This document shows, in pieces, positions 36,142 through 43,998 of a stretch of DNA of 64,000 nucleotides. Position 1 is the first letter of the stretch. The number at the start of each line of letters is the position of its first letter. Source of the stretch: an uncultured Acidobacteriota bacterium (GTDB lineage Bacteria; Acidobacteriota; Terriglobia; Acidiferrales; UBA7541); contig CAWBGC010000017.1 of NCBI GenBank assembly GCA_963788255.1, forward strand, positions 1,050-65,049, given 5' to 3'. The position numbers were made by a program, and so were the translations under genes. The notes under the pieces were generated by a model. It was not told where the DNA came from and searched no databases. It was given only the letters and a program-made list of their open reading frames with translations.

Positions 36142-36817
36142 TCCATCGCCAGTTAGATCGGTAGATTACTCGGTTGTTCCACGTAACAGCCTCCCACATA
36201 TCTCTTCCATTCGTTGTTTTGACCGGGTCGAGCATTGCCTGAAAGACTTGAGGTGTGATGTATGTTGGATATGCGGGTGGAAGCGTCGCGAGTTTTGCCG
36301 CGTAATTCGCGGCACGGCCAACCCAGACGAGGTCGTTGGAGCCTCGGATGCCCGTTCTCGCCACAAATAGCTTGCTCGTGTCGATGCCGACGACGTGGCT
36401 TGGCGCGTAGGCCGTTTGTGGATATTGCTTTCGCAGGGCGGGAATAATGATCTCCTGTCTGGCGAAATTGATTTTCAATGCGCTTCGAACCGCCGCGGTG
36501 TTTTTGGCTCCTTCAATGTAGACCGCCATTATCCGATCGCCATCGTACGCAGTGATGACGCCGCCCTCGGAGGCTATGACCTTGGCCGCGCAGTGCAGGT
36601 AGGTCTTATAGATTTCGGCCGCAAACGTGTTCTTGTGTCCGTCAACTAGTCCTGTCGAATCGGCCATATCCGCGTATAGCACTGTCCCGTCGAGATTCAC
36701 GGCGTCGTTGGAGAGCTTGATGCTCTCGTCGTCAGGTACCACGTTTCCGTCGCGCTCTGTCCAGACACTTCTAAAGATGAGGGAAACTTCGCTCTGGAGG
36801 TCTTCTTTCAGGCCCAT
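36131..36817 (-). CDS. Class III nucleotidyl cyclase domain protein, Pycsar PycC-like
   Basis: The metal-binding Asp contexts are VLYADMADSTGL and AYDGDRIMAVY. The distal catalytic region is GIDTSKLFVARTGIRGSNDLVWVGRAANYAAKL. It is a single-domain 228-aa protein with a GGAG 6 nt upstream of the ATG at 36817. It is adjacent to a small TM protein. Confidence 0.7.
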   Translation of the reverse strand: MGLKEDLQSEVSLIFRSVWTERDGNVVPDDESIKLSNDAVNLDGTVLYADMADSTGLVDGHKNTFAAEIYKTYLHCAAKVIASEGGVITAYDGDRIMAVYIEGAKNTAAVRSALKINFARQEIIIPALRKQYPQTAYAPSHVVGIDTSKLFVARTGIRGSNDLVWVGRAANYAAKLATLPPAYPTYITPQVFQAMLDPVKTTNGRDMWEAVTWNNRVIYRSNWRWTTV

Positions 36818-36871
36818 GTGTGACTCCACTCCTTTGGTCTTGCGGGTAAACGGGTGCTGCTAACTGCCCCT

Positions 36872-36930
36872 CCCGAATATAGGAGTATAATCTCTTCGGA
36901 TTCGGGCAAGGAATGCTGAGTCGGGCAAGG
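36872..36930. promoter_or_regulatory. Shared divergent control region: TATAAT box inside a 7-bp inverted repeat, plus a 10-bp direct repeat
   Basis: CCCGAAT (36872-36878) and ATTCGGG (36900-36906) flank TATAAT (36886-36891). TCGGGCAAGG occurs at 36902-36911 and again at 36921-36930. Confidence 0.4.
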
Positions 36931-36961
36931 GTATGAACTGGCCGGACGGGTACAAGCTTTC

Positions 36962-37459
36962 GTGAACGAAGACGAGAAGGTTCGGATTGCTGAATTGAAC
37001 CTTAGCCGGCTCTTGGACTGGGTTGGTCGAATAGACGCGAAATCATCCGTCGTCCTAGGAATTAATACGGCGATGCTCGGAGTGCTGGCGGGATTGGCTC
37101 CGAGGTCGCGCATTTGGGAAGGAGGGACCATTCTATTGGCGGCGATTAGTCTGCTTTTTCAATCTGCGAGTCTATTTTGCGTTTACCTTGTGAACTATCC
37201 GCAGACGAAGGGGCCAGCAACGTCTCTCAATTTCTTTGGCGGGATCGCCAATCGTACTTTTCGGGAATACAACGCCGCATTCATGAAACTTTCCGGTTCG
37301 GATTACTTAAGTGATTTGCTGGAGCAGTGTCATCGCAACGCCGAAATAGTGAGCCGAAAGTTCTCTGCGTTGAAATGGGCCTACCGATTCTTGCTGGTTG
37401 GTGTCGTCCCTTGGGTGCTCTGCCTTTATTACTTTAGAGGTGTTACCCATTCGAGCTGA
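36962..37459 (+). CDS. Small 3-TM protein resembling the Pycsar effector family (PycTM/DUF5706-like)
   Basis: A 165-aa protein starting at GTG. The N-terminal helix ends in ...RIDAKSSVVLGINTAMLGVLAGLA (TM1). TM2 is TILLAAISLLFQSASLFCVYLV. A soluble segment follows with SLNFFGGIANRTFREY. TM3 is FLLVGVVPWVLCLYYF. The family assignment is from memory, not from a search. Confidence 0.55.
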   Translation: MNEDEKVRIAELNLSRLLDWVGRIDAKSSVVLGINTAMLGVLAGLAPRSRIWEGGTILLAAISLLFQSASLFCVYLVNYPQTKGPATSLNFFGGIANRTFREYNAAFMKLSGSDYLSDLLEQCHRNAEIVSRKFSALKWAYRFLLVGVVPWVLCLYYFRGVTHSS

Positions 37460-37597
37460 ATTTGGCAACAAGGGCGTGCATGGACATGAGTAAGTGATAC
37501 TACGCATTGGAAATGAATCTGCGGCGGTCGTCCAAGGTTGTTTGGGTTGGTCGTTTTTTTTCGCCCAGCTGGTCCGGTACCTGCCTGACAAATCCTC

Positions 37598-39082
37598 CTA
37601 CAGTTGCCCCAACGTGCGTTTTAATTCATCAAGAAGGCGTAATTGAGCGGCTGAGAAATCTGCGGGGCCGCATTCAGCCACGGACGGCTTGCCAACATAC
37701 TTTCTGAGTATCGATGCGCCGCGGCGTCGCTTCTTTGCGGCTTCACGCGCGTCGCCGTGATCTAGGTCGTGGCGCAGATGGTTCCGAAGGAACTTTACGT
37801 CCATTGCAAGAGGTGGGGGAGGGGATGGGAGCCGGTTGCAGTCTCCGGTCCCTTCGTAGACGATGAAATAAAGAGAATCGACGAGGTCGCCAAAATCCTT
37901 GCCGCTCCTGCAGACCGAAGCGAGCTTCTTAATCGCGCGCGCTGACTTGTTCGTCAGTTTGAACGTGTCTTCGCCCGTTTTCGAACTCGATCGCTCATTC
38001 ACAGCGTAGATCAGCGAGCTTATCTCCTCTGCCGTGTTATCGAGGGCGCTGGAGTTAGTGCCCGTGTTCGATTCTGCGCGAAGTACAGCATTAAAACCGG
38101 GGTCAAATGTGACCAGACGCTGGCTCAAAATGCTGAGCCGTTTGCCAATCGAGTCGCCACCTGTGGAACCGTAGCTGATTGCCTCCTGGTAGGCCAGGAG
38201 ATCTGTGTTGGTCGCCTGCGCTCCCTTTTCGACCTCTGTCGTGAGGTCCTCAAAGAACTTACGTATGAAAGCGCCGAATAGTGGGGCTGTCGCGCGTGGG
38301 ACATTGGCCTCAACGACTCTGGCGGCGAGCATGCATACTGAGAGGACACTCGCGCGGTTGCGTAGTTCAGCGGCTTCTTTGGGGAGTGCGAAGTCCAGGT
38401 ACCTAAGTGCAGATTTGATGCGCTTACCTATCGCGCTAGCGGAATCGAATGTTCGGTTGTCACGTAGGAATGCTTCAAGTTGCGAAAAACGCATTTGAGG
38501 CTGCACTCCCCGGGCCTCGATAAATAGCCACTTGGTGGCAATGTCGAAGTGCGCATACCTCGTGTCGCGGACTCCAATTTTTCTTCGAAAGTAGGGCTGG
38601 TCGGCAATCCAATGAGAGAAGTCGCGGGCCTCGCCCCCAAGGGCGTTGAGTTTCTCGGCCGTGGTGAGGGGCGTGCCAAGCTGGAGGCGGACAAAAAGGT
38701 CCTCAAGTTCGTCGTCCGTTGCGTCTTCGATTTCTTCGATATCGATTTCAAAATCATCGAAGGCGTCGGAGTAGTCTGGCTTTAGCTTGGGGTAGGTCGC
38801 ACCGCCGTACCTGCGGGCGACAGAGGATTCCAGAGTAAGCTTTCCGTCATAAAACTCGAATATTGCGGCCAGCCTTTGCTGGCCATCCACGCATTCGAAG
38901 GAACTTTCGTCGACTCTTCGAAAGTAGAATTTGGGAAGATGCCAGCCCTTCAGAATCGTGTCGATGAGCTTTCGTTTTTGCTCTTCCGTCCAAACCTCCT
39001 CTCGCTGGAAGTCTGGGGTGTCGATGCGGTCGCGGCGCTTATAAATCTTGTCGAGCGCACGGCGTCTTAGTTCCATCTTCAT
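37598..39082 (-). CDS. DUF262 (GmrSD N-terminal/ParB-like) domain protein with a HEPN-like C-terminal region and no DUF1524 nuclease domain
   Basis: The N-terminus has FQREEVWTEEQKRKLIDTILKGWHLPKFYF ... CVDGQQRLAAIFEF (the DGQQR motif). The C-terminus has FLRNHLRHDLDHG (R-x4-H). The start is uncertain (39082, 39076 or 39109). Confidence 0.7.
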   Translation of the reverse strand: MKMELRRRALDKIYKRRDRIDTPDFQREEVWTEEQKRKLIDTILKGWHLPKFYFRRVDESSFECVDGQQRLAAIFEFYDGKLTLESSVARRYGGATYPKLKPDYSDAFDDFEIDIEEIEDATDDELEDLFVRLQLGTPLTTAEKLNALGGEARDFSHWIADQPYFRRKIGVRDTRYAHFDIATKWLFIEARGVQPQMRFSQLEAFLRDNRTFDSASAIGKRIKSALRYLDFALPKEAAELRNRASVLSVCMLAARVVEANVPRATAPLFGAFIRKFFEDLTTEVEKGAQATNTDLLAYQEAISYGSTGGDSIGKRLSILSQRLVTFDPGFNAVLRAESNTGTNSSALDNTAEEISSLIYAVNERSSSKTGEDTFKLTNKSARAIKKLASVCRSGKDFGDLVDSLYFIVYEGTGDCNRLPSPPPPLAMDVKFLRNHLRHDLDHGDAREAAKKRRRGASILRKYVGKPSVAECGPADFSAAQLRLLDELKRTLGQL

Positions 39083-39479
39083 ACTGTTTTGAGGATAACA
39101 TAACTGCACCGTAAGCTATGAAACTGCAGCTCGATATTGAACGCCCTGGATTGGGGCGGGGGAGTGCGGCTGCCCCTTCCGAGACGAGCGTTCCTTTCCT
39201 TGCGTCATGGCGCGTTCGTCCGGTGCAGCTGACTCTGTGCAAGCAAGCGGGACAACGGCGGGGAAGGAGCCCCTCGACTTCGGTCGAGACACATTCGTTG
39301 GGTGCGGATTCGCAGCGTGAATCGTTTGCGGGGCTGGGGGAATCTAAGTGGGCGAGCCAAGGAAAATGCGGTATCATGAAAGTTTGGCGCTGGCCTAGCG
39401 ACGCGAGCGTGCCGAGCTACAACGATTCACGAGACGAAAGCGGCAATCGCGCAGACCGGCCGGCCGACAGGAGCCTCAC

Positions 39480-39707
39480 GTGAAAGAAGGAATTCACCCC
39501 GATTATCATGCCGTGAAGGTGCACTGCGCCTGCGGCAACGTCTTCGATACGCGCTCGACGTTCAAGGGCAGCATGATCCGCGTGGAAATCTGCTCGAACT
39601 GCCACCCGTTTTTCACCGGGAAGCAGAAGCTGATTGACACGGCGGGCCGCGTGGAGCGCTTCCAGAAGAAGTACGCCGACAAAGCCGCTTCGATGAAGAA
39701 GAAGTAG
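39480..39707 (+). CDS. rpmE: 50S ribosomal protein L31
   Basis: The protein (GTG start) reads [27 protein letters not shown]...[13 protein letters not shown]...[10 protein letters not shown]. Confidence 0.95.
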   Translation: MKEGIHPDYHAVKVHCACGNVFDTRSTFKGSMIRVEICSNCHPFFTGKQKLIDTAGRVERFQKKYADKAASMKKK

Positions 39708-39776
39708 CGGCGAAGCGGACCCGGAATCTAGACCCGAGCGTGCTGTCCCGCAAATAGATGGCAAGTGTATTTTGGC

Positions 39777-39833
39777 CTCAGGGGCTGAAGCCCCATTGCA
39801 TTCGCGGCATTCATGTCGGAGCTGAAGCTCCGA
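39777..39833 (+). terminator. Twin GC-rich hairpins with TGAA loops downstream of rpmE (REP-like element or terminator)
   Basis: GGGGC-TGAA-GCCCC (39781-39794) and TCGGAGC-TGAA-GCTCCGA (39816-39833). There is no strong T-tract, so the terminator function is uncertain. Confidence 0.35.
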
Positions 39834-39972
39834 CCCCCTAAGAACAATTGCAGCAAATTTGCGGGGCATAGCAGTAGAGCGCCTGAATGGCGCTAGCGGA
39901 GGAGTGTGCGCGGCGACGCAAACACCGATGCGCTGCGCGGCGCACAAGACGGTGTACAATGCGTGGAAGCAA

Positions 39973-41553
39973 ATGGCCACGCAATTGTCTCCTTCAGCGG
40001 ACACGCCGCCTGGAACGCAAGTAGAGAGCGCCGCGCCGCGCGTCACGCTGCGGAATCATTTTGCGCATCCTTTTGATTCCGCGATCGCGGCGGCCCGCAC
40101 GTGCTACTCGCCGCGGCTGATCGGCCCCGAGGAAATCACCGAAAAGCAGCGCGTGACGGTGGGCTCGGCGACATATTACGGCGGGCATCACACCGTCTTC
40201 CAGCACGCGCACTTTGAATTTGGGCTCGAAAATGTGAGCCGGCAGTTTGTGTGGTCGTTCCTGCACGCGCATCCCTTCTACAATTCCGAACAGCAGAGCC
40301 AGCGTTACGTGCGGCTGGACCGCCCGCAAGCGTACGTCCCGCCCGAGAGCGCGGAATTCGGAGCCGGCGAGCGGGCGATTTACGAGAAAGCGATCGCGCG
40401 CGCGTGGGAGGATTACCGCGAGCTGACGCGCGTGCTCGAGCCGGCGGCGCGCGAAATCCTGGGCGATATCTGGCACGTCAGCGAGATGTCGCACCCGAAG
40501 CGGACACAGAAAGTGGCACGGCAATCGGAGAAGCGGGCGATCGAGGTGGCACGCTACGTCCTGCCGGTGGCGGCGTTTACGACGATGGTACACACGCTTT
40601 CCGGGATCGTGCTGCACCGGCTGTGGCGGATGCAGGCGGCGAGCGACACGCCATCGGAGGCGCGGCTGGTGGTGGGAGAGATGGTCGCGCGCGTCCGCGA
40701 AGTGGACCCACAGTTTTTCGACCGCTTCCAGAACGAGCCGATGGAGGAGCCTCCCGAATGGCAGCGGGCAGCGCGCGACGGAGAATCGTTCGCCCGGGAA
40801 TTCGACGCGCGGCTGGCGGGGTTGACCTCGCGGCTCATCGATTATTCTCCGCGCGCGATTGCGTCGATGGCGGAGGCGTATCGAGCGGTTGTGGGCGCGA
40901 CGGCGGCGGAATGTCCGGACGGCGAAGCGCTGGACGTGCTGCTGAATCCGGCGCGCAATCCCTATCGCCGGGAAACGCTGGACATCGGCGTACACGCACC
41001 GCTGATGCGCGCGCTGCAGCACGCGAATTTCACGTTTGCAAAGCGAATCAGCCACACGGCGGACAGCCAGGATCAGCGGCACCGCATGGTGCCCGGTTCG
41101 CGGCCGCTTTTGACGCTGGCGGATACGCGCTCGCCCGACTTCATCACGCCGATGCTGATTCGGGACAATCCGCGCGCACTGGAAATCTACGAGCAAGCGA
41201 TGAAGGAAGCCTGGGACGCAAAGAATGAATTGCTGGCTCGTGGCGTGCCACTGGAATTTGCGCTGTATTTGCTGCCGAACGCCAAGGCCATTCGGCTGGT
41301 GGAATCGGGATCGCTGCTGCACCTGCTGCACAAATGGACAATGCGAACCTGCTTCAACGCGCAAGAGGAAATTTATCAAGCTTCGATCGAAGAGGTGGAA
41401 CAGGTGCGCGGCGTATTCCCCGAGCTGGCGCGCTACATCGGGCCGCCGTGCTATCTGCGCGCGGGGATCTCGACGCCGATTTGCACGGAAGGCTCGCACT
41501 TTTGCGGCGTGAAGGTGTGGGTGGATTTTCCGAACGTGCAGCGGCGGATATGA
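39973..41553 (+). CDS. Tandem-domain ThyX-like (flavin-dependent thymidylate synthase family) protein
   Basis: The first half carries ...HHTVFQHAHFEF...FLHAHPFYNSEQQSQRYV (ThyX-like, S-x-RY retained). The second half carries ...HTADSQDQRHRMVPGS (RHR retained). At 526 aa it is about twice the normal ThyX length. Confidence 0.65.
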   Translation: MATQLSPSADTPPGTQVESAAPRVTLRNHFAHPFDSAIAAARTCYSPRLIGPEEITEKQRVTVGSATYYGGHHTVFQHAHFEFGLENVSRQFVWSFLHAHPFYNSEQQSQRYVRLDRPQAYVPPESAEFGAGERAIYEKAIARAWEDYRELTRVLEPAAREILGDIWHVSEMSHPKRTQKVARQSEKRAIEVARYVLPVAAFTTMVHTLSGIVLHRLWRMQAASDTPSEARLVVGEMVARVREVDPQFFDRFQNEPMEEPPEWQRAARDGESFAREFDARLAGLTSRLIDYSPRAIASMAEAYRAVVGATAAECPDGEALDVLLNPARNPYRRETLDIGVHAPLMRALQHANFTFAKRISHTADSQDQRHRMVPGSRPLLTLADTRSPDFITPMLIRDNPRALEIYEQAMKEAWDAKNELLARGVPLEFALYLLPNAKAIRLVESGSLLHLLHKWTMRTCFNAQEEIYQASIEEVEQVRGVFPELARYIGPPCYLRAGISTPICTEGSHFCGVKVWVDFPNVQRRI

Positions 41554-41565
41554 ACACGAGCCGGG

Positions 41566-42864
41566 CTAGCGCTTGAAGACGTGCGTGATGTTGGGCGAGA
41601 CGAGCTCGTAACGGATGCCGCGCCATCGGATCTGCTTCGTCAGAAGCGACGCAATAAAATTCCACGAATATAGAAAAGGTACGACGGGCGCGAGCACGGT
41701 CCACACCCAGCTCCATTCCTGGAGCTTGGCTTTCCATTCGGGGAGCAACTCGTTGAGGGCGATGGTCCGCATGGCACCCTTCATGGCTGCCAGCAAGGGA
41801 ATCGCGAGCGCCATCAATACGAGTTGGAACCAGGGATCACCCGAGACCATGGATGCGATGATGACGATCGCTGCGTAGATCAGCGTGAGCGAGTACCCCA
41901 GGTGCGCGGCGGCGCCGAGCATCCATCGCCGCGGCGAATAGACGCGCGTGATCAGGATTTGGCGGTTGGTGAACTCGAGCAGGGCGCTGCCGGTCCAGGG
42001 ATGAAGCGTGACGGCAAGGCATTCGGGGCAGAAGACAATTGACTTGCCCGCTTGCTCGAGCGCATGAGTCATCGCGAAATCATCGCTGGCCGCCCCATGC
42101 CAAGCTTCGAGGACATTGACATCGGCGAATGTCTTCCGCCGGATGGCCGTGCCGCCGCCCCAGCAGAAATTTTCGCGTGGGCGTCCCAACATCGTCGCGA
42201 TGGCGGCGTTCCACGCCGATGCGAGAGCACTGGAAAGTCCGCCGGCGCCGATGCTGCGGCTGGGGATGAACCAGCGGTACGTGGTTGTGGCGCCGATGCG
42301 ACCATCCTGGAGCGGAGCGATCAGTTTGGTGAGCCAGCCGTGAGGCAGTCGCACGTCCGAATCCGTGAATACGAGGGCTTCGAATTTTTCGGGAAGCGAT
42401 TCGACGGCGCGCCGCAGGTTGAAAACCTTCTCGCTGCAATCCTCCGGCGGCCCGGCGATTACGATGTGGACCGGCCGCTGCGTCGCCGCCTTGACGCGTT
42501 CGATGATTTTCAATGCAGGATCGAGGCTCGTCGCCAACGAGAAATAGATCTCGTAGTTCGGATAATCAAATTTTGTGAGCGCCGTGAGGTTGTCTTCAAG
42601 CCCCAACTCGACGCCCTTGCACGGACAAATGACGGCCGCTACGGGCGCGTAAAAGCCTGCGTGCGACCCGAGCCTTCTGCGCACCATGCGGAGCCACTCA
42701 AAGCCTTCCCACAGCGAATAAAGCCCGAGTGCGATTTGGAGGATGACGAGAAGATAGAAGATAGAGTCCACGGGAGCGAGGTTAGCAAAAAGCGTCCCGA
42801 AGCGGCACAGCGAAGCGTGTTGACTTGCCGAACTCGCAACGGTAGACTCCCTCGCAATTCTCAA
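41566..42864 (-). CDS. Membrane glycosyltransferase, GT2/GT21 (ceramide glucosyltransferase-like)
   Basis: An N-terminal TM helix, then VICPCKG...DYPNYEIYF...FTDSDV (D-x-D), then GGGTAIRR...SDDF and C-terminal TM helices. The start is uncertain. Confidence 0.65.
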   Translation of the reverse strand: MRIARESTVASSASQHASLCRFGTLFANLAPVDSIFYLLVILQIALGLYSLWEGFEWLRMVRRRLGSHAGFYAPVAAVICPCKGVELGLEDNLTALTKFDYPNYEIYFSLATSLDPALKIIERVKAATQRPVHIVIAGPPEDCSEKVFNLRRAVESLPEKFEALVFTDSDVRLPHGWLTKLIAPLQDGRIGATTTYRWFIPSRSIGAGGLSSALASAWNAAIATMLGRPRENFCWGGGTAIRRKTFADVNVLEAWHGAASDDFAMTHALEQAGKSIVFCPECLAVTLHPWTGSALLEFTNRQILITRVYSPRRWMLGAAAHLGYSLTLIYAAIVIIASMVSGDPWFQLVLMALAIPLLAAMKGAMRTIALNELLPEWKAKLQEWSWVWTVLAPVVPFLYSWNFIASLLTKQIRWRGIRYELVSPNITHVFKR

Positions 42865-42902
42865 GGCTTTTTCCCAATGCTTGCTTAACCTGGAGGGATC
42901 AC

Positions 42903-43979
42903 ATGTCCACCACCGCGCCTCAACCCATCAATCAGGCCAAATTGCACGAATTCGTGATGAAAGCAGTGGGAGAGATGGGAGCCGCTATGAATGCGGCGCT
43001 CATCTTAATTGGGGACAAACTCGGGCTGTACAAGGCGATGTCCGGGGCCGGGCCGATGACGTCGGCGGAGCTCGCTGCAAAAACGAAGACGGCAGAGCGA
43101 TACGTCCGTGAGTGGCTGGCCGCACAGGCGGCCGGTGGATTCGTCGCCTACGACGCGTCGACCGGGCGTTATACGCTGCCGCCTGAACAGGCGATGGCAC
43201 TGGCCGACGAACACAGTCCCGTCTTTCTGCCAGGCTTCTTCGACATCGTTGCCGCCTGCGTGAAAGATGAGCCAAGAATCACCGAAGCATTCCGCACCGG
43301 AAAAGGAGTTGGCTGGCACGAACACGACCAGAGCCTCTTCGCCGGGACGGAGAGATTCTTTCGCCCGAACTATCGTGCACACTTGGTGGGCGAGTGGATT
43401 CCCGCGCTGCACGACGTCGAACCCAAATTGAAGGCCGGCGTGCGCGTGGCCGACGTGGGCTGCGGACTGGGAACTTCGACGATCCTGATGGCACAAGCGT
43501 ACCCGAGGTCCAGCTTTGTGGGATTTGATTACCATCCCCGTTCCATCGAGATGGCGCGCGAGGCTGCGGCGAGGGAGAACTTGTCGGATCGCGTCCAGTT
43601 TGAAGTATCGACTGCAAGACACTATCCCGGCACCGGCTATCAGTTCGTTGCGTTCTTCGATTGCCTGCACGACATGGGCGATCCGGAAGGTGCGGCGCGG
43701 CACGTTCGTGAAACGCTGGATCCACAGGGAGCGTGGATGATCGTGGAGCCTTTCGCGCACGACAAACTGGAAGACAATCTGAATCCCATCGGGCGCGTCT
43801 TTTATGCGGCCTCGACCATGCTCTGCACACCCGCCTCGCTTTCGCAAGAGGTGGCCCTGGGACTCGGAGCACAGGCGGGCGAGGGCCGGCTTGCAACGCT
43901 GCTCCGCTCCGCAGGATTCACACGCGTGCGGCGCGCTGCCGAAACACCCTTCAACATCGTTCTGGAAGCAAGGCCGTAG
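42903..43979 (+). CDS. Class I SAM-dependent methyltransferase with an N-terminal winged-helix-like domain
   Basis: SAM motif I reads VADVGCGLGTSTILMAQ. The downstream FDCLHDMGDP is motif-II/III-like. Confidence 0.75.
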   Translation: MSTTAPQPINQAKLHEFVMKAVGEMGAAMNAALILIGDKLGLYKAMSGAGPMTSAELAAKTKTAERYVREWLAAQAAGGFVAYDASTGRYTLPPEQAMALADEHSPVFLPGFFDIVAACVKDEPRITEAFRTGKGVGWHEHDQSLFAGTERFFRPNYRAHLVGEWIPALHDVEPKLKAGVRVADVGCGLGTSTILMAQAYPRSSFVGFDYHPRSIEMAREAAARENLSDRVQFEVSTARHYPGTGYQFVAFFDCLHDMGDPEGAARHVRETLDPQGAWMIVEPFAHDKLEDNLNPIGRVFYAASTMLCTPASLSQEVALGLGAQAGEGRLATLLRSAGFTRVRRAAETPFNIVLEARP

Positions 43980-43998
43980 GAGACCGGCAGGCCTGGGA

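Noticed and set aside
39110-39479. A possible remnant of the missing PIN C-terminus, or an att site, on the far side of the islet. The region includes the 121-aa ORF 39118..39483.
   Set aside because: None of the three forward frames shows PIN-like sequence. The 121-aa ORF is low-complexity. I found no repeat matching the 35.1-36.1 kb repeat blocks by eye. Only a small UUCG-loop hairpin (about 39271-39286) is present.
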